A stretch of 64,000 nucleotides of DNA. Source: an uncultured delta proteobacterium. Its GTDB lineage: Bacteria > Desulfobacterota > Binatia > UTPRO1. The notes below the pieces were generated by a model. The model was given only the letters and a program-made list of their open reading frames with translations, did no database searches and was not told where the DNA came from. How positions within the stretch are numbered: position 1 is the stretch's first letter; every line of letters begins with the position of its first letter. The DNA is taken from assembly GCA_963774015.1 (NCBI GenBank), contig CAVZDH010000001.1, forward strand, positions 1,206,945-1,270,944, written 5' to 3'. Below, piece by piece: positions 39,201 through 48,455 of the stretch. The translations under genes and the position numbers were made by a program.

Positions 39201-39506
39201 GGCTGGAAGGTGAACGGTCCGCACACCTCGTTCGTCTACAAGAACAAGGGTGGCACGATCCCGTCGCTCGCCGGCGTCAACAAGGTCGTCGTGAAGCGGA
39301 GCCTCAAGGTGCCGGGTGAGGTGAAGTTCAACGTCTCCGCCGTCGGCGGCAGCTTCCCGTTGCCCGGTAGCCTGCCGCTCAGAGGCACGATCATCCTCGA
39401 CCCGCCGTACGCCGCCACCAACCAATGCGGCGACGCGCTCTTCCCGGGCCCGACGAGCCCGGCGTGCGCGTACACGTCGCCGGTCGGCACGATCAAGTGC
39501 AAGTGA
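36232..39506 (+). CDS. purple-acid-phosphatase-like metallophosphoesterase fused to CGNG/CDQG module, ~19 Cys repeats and a C-terminal beta-domain. Two single-base insertions at ~38223 and ~38267.
   Basis: GDWGQ, GDNAY, GNHD, VFLHQTPYS and GHDHSYER motifs. Signal peptide MFRTLIVSAVLSAALATSAAAQ. The frame path 1 -> 2 -> 0 restores the continuous repeat VVCRPATG|VCDVAEKCTGASAD|CPADGF. Confidence 0.7.
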
Positions 39507-39546
39507 CGCGCTGGCGAGGCGCGCCGCTCATAGGTAGAGGAGAACG

Positions 39547-40443
39547 ATGTCCGACGACGTCGTTCTCCTCGCCAAAGCGGGCCCCATCGCGACCATCACC
39601 CTGAACCGTCCCGAGAAGGCCAACACCCTCCGGCCCGAGGTCACCGACGGCCTCGATCGCGCCCTCGCCGACGCCAACCGCGACGACGCCGTCAAGGTCA
39701 TCGTCCTCGCGGGCGCCGGCGACAACTTCTGCGGCGGCTTCGACTTCTCGAGCGGCCTCGATCACTACGCCGCCATCGCCGAGGACAACTACGACCCCGG
39801 CATGGACGTCCACTTCGTCATCAACCGGTACACCAGCTACCTCACGAGCTTCATGGGCCTGTGGCGCGGCTTGAAGCCGACCATCGCCAAGGTGCACGGC
39901 TACTGCGTCGGCGGCGGGTCCGAGCTCGCGCTCTGCGCCGATCTGGTCGTGGCGTCCGACGACGCGCGCCTCGGCACGCCGTACTCGCGGGTCTGGGGCT
40001 GTCACCTCACCGGCATGTGGGTTCACCGCCTCGGGCTCGCGAAAGCCAAGTACTACGCGCTGACGGGCGAGTGGATCAGCGGCAAGGAGGCCGCCGCCAT
40101 CGAGCTCATCAATTTCTCGTATCCCTTGGAGGAGCTCGACCAGCGCGTGCAGGCCCTCGCCGAGAAGCTCGCGCGCATCCCTCTCACCCAGCTCACGGCG
40201 ATGAAGCTCATCGTCAACCAGGCCTACGACAACATGGGCCTCCAGAGTACCCAGACCCTCGGCCCCATCCTCGACGGCATCATGCGCAACACGCCGGAGG
40301 GCCGCGACTTCGTGCGCGTCGCCAAGTCGGCGAGCGTGCGCGAGGCGGTCACACGGCGCGACGCGCCGTTCAAGGACTACAGCCAGGGGCCCCCGGCGGA
40401 GCAGCCGCGCAGGCGGAGTCGGATGGGGAAGGGGAAGAAGTGA
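39547..40443 (+). CDS. enoyl-CoA hydratase/isomerase (crotonase) family protein
   Basis: VKVIVLAGAGDNFCGGFDF. CVGGGSELALCADLVVAS. RBS gaggag. Confidence 0.85.
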   Translation: MSDDVVLLAKAGPIATITLNRPEKANTLRPEVTDGLDRALADANRDDAVKVIVLAGAGDNFCGGFDFSSGLDHYAAIAEDNYDPGMDVHFVINRYTSYLTSFMGLWRGLKPTIAKVHGYCVGGGSELALCADLVVASDDARLGTPYSRVWGCHLTGMWVHRLGLAKAKYYALTGEWISGKEAAAIELINFSYPLEELDQRVQALAEKLARIPLTQLTAMKLIVNQAYDNMGLQSTQTLGPILDGIMRNTPEGRDFVRVAKSASVREAVTRRDAPFKDYSQGPPAEQPRRRSRMGKGKK

Positions 40444-40676
40444 GCAGGATCAATTTCAGCGACATTGCGGAGCTGGCGGGCGATCGGCTGCGTCGGATGA
40501 AACGTGTGGGACGCCCGACGATCGGGCGCGCGCCTCGCAAGACGGTCTCGCTGCGGGTCGATCCGGATGTTCTCGCTCGCCTCAAGGCCACCGCCGCGAA
40601 GCCTGGGGTCACCTATCAGTCGCTGATCAACGATATCCTCGCGCGGGGCAGTACGTCGCGTGGGATGAAGACCTGA
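40440..40676 (+). CDS. BrnA-like (RHH) antitoxin, orphan (no BrnT seen)
   Basis: ..INFSDIAE.....VGRP..GRAPRKTVSLRVDPDVLARLKA..GYQSLINDILAR matches the BrnA pattern. GTG start overlapping the crotonase stop. Confidence 0.5.
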   Translation: MSRINFSDIAELAGDRLRRMKRVGRPTIGRAPRKTVSLRVDPDVLARLKATAAKPGVTYQSLINDILARGSTSRGMKT

Positions 40677-40766
40677 TTCTACCCGAGGCACGCGCTGCTC
40701 TGAACGAATTGCACTGGACTCGCGCGGGCTCGCCATCGTGACACGGCGCGCGGCCCCACGCGCCCC

Positions 40767-41624
40767 TCAAACCGAGAACACGCGCACGGAAACGACCATC
40801 GTAGGGCGTGGTTCAGTGGGGCCGACATAGCTACCGGCAATGGGCGGCACCGTCTCCGGATGGCGGGCGACGGCGACCTCGATGTGTTCGCTCCCCGCTA
40901 CGACTCCAGCCGTGGGGTCGAAACCTTTCCAGCCGGGTCCCGGTAGGTAGACCTCCACCCACGCGTGGGTCGAGCCGGCGCCGGCTTCGGTCGCGTAGCT
41001 CGTGTGGTATCCGCTGACGAAGCGACTCGCGAGCTCCAGATGGCGGCAGGCGTCCAGGAAGAGGGCGGCAAAGTCGCGACAAGAGCCGCTTCCGCGCGAA
41101 AGAGTCTGCGCCGGCGACTGCACGCCCGGCTCCTCGCGTGCATGGTAGCGGAAGTCGCGGCAGATGGCGCGATTGAGCTGGTCGAGGAGGGCGAACGTCT
41201 CGACCTTGCAGGATCCCAACGATAGCCCCTGCAACCAGCGGGCGACGAGCGCGCGGTCGTCCGGCCACGCCATCGAGAGCAGCGGCGCCAGATCGGCACC
41301 TTCCTCCGGGCGGTAGGTGAAGGGATGGACGGCCGCATAATCCTCGACCACGAAATCAAGGGGCTCTTCGTCGTAGTGCTCGATGACCACCTGGCTTGCG
41401 ACACGGAGCGACGCGCTGGGCGCCGTGAAGCTCGCCACGGCCGCCGAGTTGTCGAATGCGTCGCGCTGCCAACGGATGCGGTGCGCAGGCGAGATCTCGA
41501 GCATCGAGGACGCGATGCGCAGGCCGTGACTCTCGCGCGGCCGGAGGAGCATGCGGTGCGGGAGGAGCGTCACCTCCGAGCCGAAGTGATATTCCGTCAA
41601 ATGGTCGATCTGCAGTCTGCGCAC
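40767..41624 (-). CDS. transglutaminase-like family protein (Bact_transglu_N plus TGase core)
   Basis: aggagg RBS 9 nt before GTG 41624. RLQIDHLTEYHF N-terminus. CRDFAALFLDACRHLELASRFVSGYH..THAWVEVYLPGPGWKGFDPT. Confidence 0.8.
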   Translation of the reverse strand: MRRLQIDHLTEYHFGSEVTLLPHRMLLRPRESHGLRIASSMLEISPAHRIRWQRDAFDNSAAVASFTAPSASLRVASQVVIEHYDEEPLDFVVEDYAAVHPFTYRPEEGADLAPLLSMAWPDDRALVARWLQGLSLGSCKVETFALLDQLNRAICRDFRYHAREEPGVQSPAQTLSRGSGSCRDFAALFLDACRHLELASRFVSGYHTSYATEAGAGSTHAWVEVYLPGPGWKGFDPTAGVVAGSEHIEVAVARHPETVPPIAGSYVGPTEPRPTMVVSVRVFSV

Positions 41625-41699
41625 GCGCCCGGCCTCCTGAGAGAGCCTACCATTGTGCGTACTCCGGAGAAGTTGGACAGCGATCCGGCCTGGCGTTGG

Positions 41700-41865
41700 T
41701 CCCGAAACCGGACACGGCTCGGCGTCGCCTCCCGAACGGTGGACAAGGTCGACGTAGCCCTCAAACGGCGTCGAGGTGGCAAAGGACGCGGCGAAGATCA
41801 TCCTGCTGGAGAAAGATCTCGCCGTCTTGAACGATGACATCATCGAGGGCCGGCGCTGGATTTAG
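41700..41865 (+). pseudogene. C-terminal fragment of a P-type ATPase
   Basis: ..VEVAKDAAKIILLEKDLAVLNDDIIEGRRWI* resembles the ..GTDVAKEAADIVLLDDNF..IV.AVEEGR.I segment. Short. Confidence 0.3.
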
Positions 41866-42153
41866 GAGAACGGACCGGATGCGGAGGTTCTCGGCCTCGT
41901 CAGGAAAGCCGAGGTCGCGGAAGAACATGCCCGTGGAACGCGTCAGCTTGAGTTTCAGGAGTTCACGGAGGTGTTGCCTTGCAGAGCCCCACGTCTCGTT
42001 TCGGAGTCCGCTGCGAGCGTTTCTGGAAGGCGTGGAGCACGTAGACTTCCTCAGCCGAACTTTGCGAGATAGATGCGCACCGAGCGTCGCCTAACGGCCG
42101 CGTTGGGTGGCCGTGAAGGGTAATCCCTCTTCTGGGACGTCGAGGATGACAGC

Positions 42154-42576
42154 ATGAAAAAGTCGGGCGCGAGCGCAGGCCAGTCGGCATCGGAGCTCAT
42201 CTCGAAAAGGATCGCCGAGCTCGGGGACTGGCGCGGGAAAACCCTCGGCAGAATGCGCAAGCTCATCAAGGAAGCAGACCCGGACGTCGTCGAGGAGTGG
42301 AAGTGGATGGGCACTCCCGTATGGTCGCACGACGGCATCATCTGCACCGGCGAATCCTACAAGCAGGTCGTGAAGCTGACCTTCGCCAAGGGCGCGTCGC
42401 TGAAGGATCCGGCCCGTCTCTTCAACTCGAGTCTCGACGGAAAGGTACGCCGCGCGATCGACATCCGCGAAGGAGAAGACGTCGACGGTCCGGCCTTCAA
42501 GGCGCTCGTTCGCCGAGCGGTCGCTCTCAACGGTTCGGGCAACACGTCGAAACGCTCGAAGAAAGCGCAGACCTGA
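42154..42576 (+). CDS. DUF1801 (YdhG-like) domain protein
   Basis: ..[56 protein letters not shown].. is typical of DUF1801. Confidence 0.65.
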   Translation: MKKSGASAGQSASELISKRIAELGDWRGKTLGRMRKLIKEADPDVVEEWKWMGTPVWSHDGIICTGESYKQVVKLTFAKGASLKDPARLFNSSLDGKVRRAIDIREGEDVDGPAFKALVRRAVALNGSGNTSKRSKKAQT

Positions 42577-42646
42577 GGCGCCACGCTCGCGCCTTCCGAG
42601 ACACCGTCGCGCGAGGATCGGTTGTCCGGGCGCCGAGAGGTGGGCT

Positions 42647-43168
42647 ATGGCACTCCCCTCCATGGCCCCAGATGCGCCGCTCCGCAGACTCACGACGATC
42701 GTCGCCTTGGACCTTGCGGGCTACTCTGCGCGCACCGAAGCCGATGAGGCCGGCAGCACGGCCGAAGTAGCGGCGCTACGGAGCGTGATCGAAGGCATCG
42801 CCGCGCCGCGCGGTGGCCGTCTGTTCAACACCGCGGGCGACGGCTTCATGCTGGAGTTCGGGTCGAGCGTGGCGGCGGTCGAAGCGGCGTTCGCGCTTGC
42901 CGAGCGCTGCGAGCCCAAGGTGCGGATCGGCGTGCATCTGGGCGACGTGGTCGTGCAACCGAACGGCGACCTCCTGGGCCACGGCGTCAACGTCGCGGCG
43001 AGGCTGATGGCGCGGAGCGACCCGGGCTCGATGCTGGTTTCGGTGGACGTTCGTCGCACGATCCGGGGAGCGCTCGCCGAGCGCCTCGTCTCGCGGGGGT
43101 ATCTGCAGCTCGACAAGATGAAGGAGGAGATCGAGGCGTTTTCCTTTCGTAGATTGTCGGCGTGGTGA
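42647..43168 (+). CDS. class III adenylate/guanylate cyclase catalytic-domain protein
   Basis: ..[46 protein letters not shown]. Confidence 0.7.
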   Translation: MALPSMAPDAPLRRLTTIVALDLAGYSARTEADEAGSTAEVAALRSVIEGIAAPRGGRLFNTAGDGFMLEFGSSVAAVEAAFALAERCEPKVRIGVHLGDVVVQPNGDLLGHGVNVAARLMARSDPGSMLVSVDVRRTIRGALAERLVSRGYLQLDKMKEEIEAFSFRRLSAW

Positions 43169-43211
43169 GAAGGTTCAGAGCGCTCGCGGGTCGGACGGAC
43201 TGCGTGCCGGC

Positions 43212-43721
43212 GTGACCTACTCGGAGAGCGGGCTCGTGATCCGGCCCGCGACCATCGCCGACGCCGATCCGGTCGCCGGGATCTACAATCACTACGTCAA
43301 AGAAACGACCGTGACGTTCGAGGAGGAGGCGGTTCCCTCACCCGAAATCGCTCATCGTATCCAGGCCGTGCAGTCAGCGTCGCTGCCGTGGTTGATCGCC
43401 GAGCGAGACACCGAGACCGTCGGCTACGCCTACGCGGCCAAGTGGCACGCCCGGGCGGCCTATCGCTTCTCCGTCGAGATCACCGTCTACGTCGATGCCT
43501 GCCACACGGGGCACGGAGTCGGCTCCCGGCTCTACGATCGGCTCTTCCCGATCTTGAAGGCGCGAGGCATCCACGCCGTCATGGCATGCATCGCGCTCCC
43601 CAACGAGTCGAGCGTGACGCTGCACGAGAAATTCGGGCTGTCGAAAGTGGCGCACTTCAACGAAGTAGGCTTCAAGTTCGGCCGCTGGATCGATGTCGCC
43701 TATTGGCAACGTACCCTCTAG
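43212..43721 (+). CDS. GNAT family N-acetyltransferase
   Basis: ..VGYAYAAKWHARAAYRFSVEITVYVDACHTGHGVGSRLYDRLF.. (acetyl-CoA binding motif A-like). Confidence 0.8.
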   Translation: MTYSESGLVIRPATIADADPVAGIYNHYVKETTVTFEEEAVPSPEIAHRIQAVQSASLPWLIAERDTETVGYAYAAKWHARAAYRFSVEITVYVDACHTGHGVGSRLYDRLFPILKARGIHAVMACIALPNESSVTLHEKFGLSKVAHFNEVGFKFGRWIDVAYWQRTL

Positions 43722-43856
43722 ACCATCGACGAGGGCGGTGAGACCGCCGGGCCGCATGGGCGGTGTGCGGTCTACCGCCAGCGTCATCGACCTCGAGGCG
43801 AAGACGATGAACGGAAATTCAGCGCGCATCCTACCGTGGTGGGCGAGGAGAATCGC

Positions 43857-44585
43857 ATGACCGTGACGAACAAGCAGTCTGGGACGAACGTGCACGAGGT
43901 CGCCGAGGGGATCTATCGGATCAACACCCCGGTCGCGATCGAGGGCGCAGGCGGGTTCTCGTTCAATCAATATCTCATCGCGGACGACGAACCGCTGCTC
44001 TTTCACACCGGCCCGCGCAAGATGTTTCCGTTGGTGCGTGAAGCGGTCGGCCACGTGCTGTCGGTCGAGCGCCTCCGATACGTCGGGTTCTCGCACGTCG
44101 AATCGGACGAGTGCGGCTCGCTGAACGAATGGCTGGCCGTTGCGCCGCGGTCCGTACCATTGTGCGGCACGGTGGCCGCCGTGGTCTCGATCGGCGACCT
44201 CGCCGACCGGGCGCCGCGCGTGCTCGCCGACGGCGAGCTGCTGCCGCTCGGTACGCACTCCGTCCGGTGGCTCGATACGCCCCATCTGCCGCATGCCTGG
44301 GAGTGCGGTGTTCTGAGCGAGGAGCGAAGCGCGACCTTGCTCTGTGGCGACCTCTTCACGCAGGGCGGCTCCGATCTTCCGCCCGTCACGGAGTCCGACA
44401 TCCTCGGGCCGAGCGAAGCCTTTCGTCACGCCATGGATTACTTCTCGCACACGAAGAATGCTCGCGTGATGCTGGAGCGGCTCGCGTCGACGCGTCCGAC
44501 GACACTCGCCTGCATGCACGGCAGCGCGTGGCGCGGCGACGGGGCCGAGCTGCTTCGCGCGCTCGCCGATGCGCTGAACGCATGA
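43857..44585 (+). CDS. MBL-fold metallo-hydrolase (ODP/flavodiiron-like beta-lactamase domain)
   Basis: ..FNQYLIADDEPLLFHTGP..GFSHVESDECGSLNEW..RWLDTPHLPHAWECG.. Confidence 0.65.
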   Translation: MTVTNKQSGTNVHEVAEGIYRINTPVAIEGAGGFSFNQYLIADDEPLLFHTGPRKMFPLVREAVGHVLSVERLRYVGFSHVESDECGSLNEWLAVAPRSVPLCGTVAAVVSIGDLADRAPRVLADGELLPLGTHSVRWLDTPHLPHAWECGVLSEERSATLLCGDLFTQGGSDLPPVTESDILGPSEAFRHAMDYFSHTKNARVMLERLASTRPTTLACMHGSAWRGDGAELLRALADALNA

Positions 44586-44601
44586 ACGGCCCGCCGCCGT
44601 C

Positions 44602-44660
44602 GGGTCTACGTGGCCGATCCCTTCGGGAACCGAATCGAGCTTATGGAGCCCGAGCGGTGA
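44602..44660 (+). pseudogene. tiny C-terminal remnant of a VOC/glyoxalase-family gene (..RVYVADPFGNRIELMEPER*)
   Basis: 19-codon match only. Confidence 0.25.
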
Positions 44661-44689
44661 CGTGCCCCGTCGCCGCGGACTGTCCCGCG

Positions 44690-45274
44690 CTAGCCCGCGC
44701 GACCGATCGCGATCACGTACACGTCGTCCGGGCCGAGCTCCAATCCGACCCAGTCCGGCTTCTCTTCTTTCTTTTGCCGCACGTACTCGCGGTAGCCACG
44801 GCCCGACGTGATGCTGATGCCGGCGGCTTCGAAGGCGTCGTTGACGCTGGAGAGGTAGTCGGGCGGCTCCTCGTCGGCGGCGAAGACGAAGATGCCGGGC
44901 TTCATCGGGAAGCGGACGGCCGAGTTGCCTTTGATCTCCCACCCCGCTGCCTCGAAGACACTCTGGATCTGCTTTTGAAAGGTGGCGGCTTCGGGGTTGT
45001 TGGGGACGGTCGCGAACCAGACTGGTCGGCCGGGGCTGGCGTTCAGCTTCTCCAACATGGCCTGGCGCTGCTCGGCCGTGAGCGTGCGCGCGGCGGCTGG
45101 TGCGGCCGGCGCGGCAGCGGGTGCGGCGGCGGGACGATCGGCGGGGGCCGCCACCGGCGCGTTCGACGCGGCGGCGCGCAGGCGCGCGTTCTCGGCGTTG
45201 ATGTGGGTGATGTACCAGACGATAGCAATGGCCAAGACGAGGCCGGCGATTCTGACTGCGACGCGAGAGGTCAT
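44690..45274 (-). CDS. hypothetical membrane-anchored protein with an Ala/Pro-rich linker
   Basis: N-terminal TM helix (RIAGLVLAIAIVWYI), AP-rich spacer, then a folded C-terminal domain. Coding-like composition. Confidence 0.5.
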   Translation of the reverse strand: MTSRVAVRIAGLVLAIAIVWYITHINAENARLRAAASNAPVAAPADRPAAAPAAAPAAPAAARTLTAEQRQAMLEKLNASPGRPVWFATVPNNPEAATFQKQIQSVFEAAGWEIKGNSAVRFPMKPGIFVFAADEEPPDYLSSVNDAFEAAGISITSGRGYREYVRQKKEEKPDWVGLELGPDDVYVIAIGRAG

Positions 45275-45320
45275 CGTCGAAAGGTCTTAGAAGAGAGGGG
45301 TCCCGAGGTGCAAGCCGTAT

Positions 45321-46253
45321 TCACGGTTTCCGATGTGCCCATGGCGGTGGGTGGTCGGGATCGAGATCGTGCGGGCCATAGGGTGTGCCGAGTCGCCCTG
45401 GCGGCCACTGTGGCGTCCAGCCGGACGGGAAGCCCCAATACGGCCCCTCGTCGCCGTCGAGCTCGCGTGCGACCCGGGCGGTGATCTCGAGGAGCTCGTT
45501 CTCGACGTGACGGCGAAACGCCTCGACCGCGTCATCGTCGGCGTCGGGTGCGATCCAGTACGGGCCGCAGGCGAGCGTGAGCCGACGGTTGAAGGGCAGG
45601 GGGATCTGCGTCCGGTCCCACGTGTCGAGTGCGATGCCGCGCCGGTAGTGCGTGCGCACGACGACGATCGGCGCGCGGCAGGCGCGCGCGATCAGCACGG
45701 CGCCCGGCTTGAGGTGATAGACGGGACCTTGCGAGCCGTCGACCGTGAGGCCGTAGATCACGCGCGCGGTCGTCTGCATGTGCTCGATGAGGTCGCCGAG
45801 CACGTCGCGGCGTCGCGACTTCGACCCGGAGCCGCCGCGGAACACCACGAAGTTGCACAGACGCAACATGGCGCTGATCACCTCGCCGAAGTCGCTCACG
45901 CTCGCGAGAGTGTGCGGACGGTAGAGCCGGTAGTTGTAGGCAACGCTGAAGACCTCCTCGTGCCAGAGGACGCCGACGACGCGGTCGTGGCGCTCGAGTG
46001 CGCCGTAGATCTGCTGCTGCAGCGTGCGGTCGTCCTCGTGCGACGTGACGCGCACGAGCCACATGTAGCCGACGTAGAGGAGCGGCAGCACGACGGCCGC
46101 GAACCCGACCAGCCGCGCGCCGATCCAGCGCCGCAGGCGCTTCGCGAGCCGCGGCTTTCGGCGAGCCGGTGGGGCGCCACGCTGTGCGGCGGACGCGACG
46201 TCGACGGCTCGGGGATCGGGCGATGCGGCCACCGGCGCTATGTATCGCGTCAC
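45321..46253 (-). CDS. DUF374 / lysophospholipid-acyltransferase-like protein
   Basis: ..[15 protein letters not shown].. core with an N-terminal TM segment. Confidence 0.6.
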   Translation of the reverse strand: MTRYIAPVAASPDPRAVDVASAAQRGAPPARRKPRLAKRLRRWIGARLVGFAAVVLPLLYVGYMWLVRVTSHEDDRTLQQQIYGALERHDRVVGVLWHEEVFSVAYNYRLYRPHTLASVSDFGEVISAMLRLCNFVVFRGGSGSKSRRRDVLGDLIEHMQTTARVIYGLTVDGSQGPVYHLKPGAVLIARACRAPIVVVRTHYRRGIALDTWDRTQIPLPFNRRLTLACGPYWIAPDADDDAVEAFRRHVENELLEITARVARELDGDEGPYWGFPSGWTPQWPPGRLGTPYGPHDLDPDHPPPWAHRKP

Positions 46254-46298
46254 CGTCGCCTTGTCTTTCGCGGAGGCCTACGGGACAATCGCCGGCTC

Positions 46299-47304
46299 AT
46301 GGCCACGACCTTCACCGTCGGCGTCGCCCAGATCGATTGCCGGCTCGGCGACGTCGAGGCCAACCTCGCGATCTACGAGCACGAGCTCCGCGCGGCCAAA
46401 GGCCGGGGCGTCGACGTGCTGGTGTTCCCGGAGCTGTCGCTCACGGGCTATTTCCTGAAGGACATGGTCTCGACGGTGGCGCTGCGACGTCGACTCACCG
46501 GTGGTCCGGCGGCTCTGCGCGCTCAGCCGGGAGACGGTTGCGTTCGTGGCGGGCGCGGTCGAGGAGACGCCGGAATGCCGCTTCTACAATGCCGCAATGT
46601 GGTTCGACGGCGGCGAGCTCCTCCACGTGCACCGCAAGGTCTACCTGCCGACTTACGGGCTGTTCGACGAGGTCCGCTATTTCGCGCGCGGCGACCGCAT
46701 CTGCGCTTCGATAGCCGCTTCGGTCGCGTGGCGATGCTGCTCTGCGAGGATCTGTGGCACCCGTCGACGGCGTACATCGCCGCGATCGACCGCGCGCTCA
46801 CGCTGCTGTGCCGTCGGCGAGCCCGATCTGGGGGCTCGAGGGCGGCGAGCTGCCGGAGAACGCGCGTACTGGCAGCGCATCAACGACGTGACGGCGGAGA
46901 CGTTCGGCATGCATCTCGTCTACGCCAACCGCGTCGGCTTCGAGGACGGCGTCGGCTTCTGGGGCGGGAGCGAGATCGTCGGACCGACGGGAGAGATCCT
47001 CGCCCGCGCCAAGTACTACGAGCCCGACATGATCGCCGCCGAGATGAACCTCGCGGCCGTCCGCCGCAAGCGCATCGCGTCGCCGATGCTGCGCGACGAG
47101 AACGTCGACCTCACGATCAACGAGCTCGTGCGGATTCGCGGGGGCCGCGCGGCCGCGGGCGGCGAGCCGCCGGCGACGGGTGCCGTGCCGGCGTCGGTCC
47201 CCAAACCCGCGCGCGTCGCGCGTCCCGAGCGACCTCGCGTCGCCGTCACGACGAAAGCGCGCAAGAGCGCGAAGTCGGCGCGCAAGACGGCGCGCCGTCG
47301 ATGA
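46299..47304 (+). pseudogene. CN-hydrolase (nitrilase-superfamily) glutaminase domain of glutamine-dependent NAD+ synthetase, with at least 3 frame switches
   Basis: [35 protein letters not shown] (frame 0), then ..[25 protein letters not shown] (frame 1), then ..[13 protein letters not shown] (frame 0), then ..[32 protein letters not shown] (frame 1). Confidence 0.6.
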
Positions 47305-48149
47305 GCGGCTCCCGCCCGACAACGCCGCCGCCCGCGATCCCGCTGAACGCGCCGGTGCTGCGTCGCATCCTCGTCGCGTTCATTCGGAACGAGGTGCGCA
47401 AGGTCGGCGTCGAGCGCGTCGTGGTCGGGCTGTCGGGAGGCGTCGACTCGAGCCTCGCCGCCTTCCTCGCCGCGGAGGCGCTCGGGCCCGCGAACGTGCT
47501 CGGCATCCGCATGCCGTACCGCGCCTCGAGCCGGGAGAGTCTCGAGCACGCGGAGCTGGTCGCGGGGGCGACCGGCATCGCGGTGAAGACCGTCGAGATC
47601 ACGCCGCAGATCGACGCCTACTTCGCGGCGTTTCCGGACGCGACGCCGCTCCGCCGCGGCAACAAGATGGCGCGCGAGCGCATGACGATCCTCTACGACC
47701 ACTCGGCGAGCTGGCATGCGCTCGTCCTCGGCACCAGCAACAAGACCGAGCTGCTGCTCGGCTACGGTACGCTCCACGGCGACATGGCGTCGGCGCTCAA
47801 TCCGATCGGCGACCTCTACAAGACCCAAGTGTGGGCGCTTTCCGAGCACGTCGGCGTGCCGGCGCCGATCGTGCAGAAGCAGCCGTCGGCGGATCTCTGG
47901 CACGGCCAGACCGACGAGCACGAGCTCGGCTTCGAGTATCGCGAGGTCGATCGGCTGCTCTATCTGATGGTCGACGAGCGTTGGGAGGAGGAGGATCTCC
48001 TGGCGGCGGGCTTCGCACCGGAATTCCTGGCGCGCGTTCGCGGCATGGTGCAGCGCTCGCAGTTCAAACGCCGGCTGCCGGTGATCGCGAAGATATCGGC
48101 GCGCACCATCGACCGCGACTTCCGCTATGCCCGCGACTGGGGCTGCTGA
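47301..48149 (+). CDS. nadE: NAD+ synthetase (NadE) synthetase domain
   Basis: [11 protein letters not shown] (PP-loop). ..[22 protein letters not shown].. ATGA overlap with the upstream CN-hydrolase ORF. Confidence 0.8.
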   Translation: MSGSRPTTPPPAIPLNAPVLRRILVAFIRNEVRKVGVERVVVGLSGGVDSSLAAFLAAEALGPANVLGIRMPYRASSRESLEHAELVAGATGIAVKTVEITPQIDAYFAAFPDATPLRRGNKMARERMTILYDHSASWHALVLGTSNKTELLLGYGTLHGDMASALNPIGDLYKTQVWALSEHVGVPAPIVQKQPSADLWHGQTDEHELGFEYREVDRLLYLMVDERWEEEDLLAAGFAPEFLARVRGMVQRSQFKRRLPVIAKISARTIDRDFRYARDWGC

Positions 48150-48441
48150 CGAGTCCGTGAGGGCGCTGAAGAAATTCGGCGCGCCGCTCGACTCGGCCGG
48201 CGTGACCGTCGCCGATTTCTCGACGCCCGGGGCCGTGCAGCAAATCGGCGTCCTTCCTTCACGGATCGAAGTGCTGACGGACATCACGGGTGTCACGTTC
48301 GACGAGGGATGGCGGAGCCGCGACACGGCGACGCTCGAGGGCTTCCCGATGGCGTTGCTCGGTTGCGACGCCCGGGTCCGAAACAGGCAAGCGACCGGCC
48401 GGCCGAAAGACTTGGCCGACGTCGCGCGCTTGCGGCGCTGA
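48127..48441 (+). CDS. possible nucleotidyltransferase-family C-terminal fragment (..[12 protein letters not shown])
   Basis: Weak motif-level match only, and the start is unclear. Confidence 0.25.
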   Translation: MPATGAADESVRALKKFGAPLDSAGVTVADFSTPGAVQQIGVLPSRIEVLTDITGVTFDEGWRSRDTATLEGFPMALLGCDARVRNRQATGRPKDLADVARLRR

Positions 48442-48455
48442 ACGGCGAGCGAAGC

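Noticed and set aside
41850-42150. Lower-GC patch upstream of the DUF1801 gene, considered as a small RNA or foreign DNA insert
   Set aside because: No conserved structure or ORF is recognisable. It is most simply the decayed 3' end of the P-type ATPase remnant plus promoter DNA.
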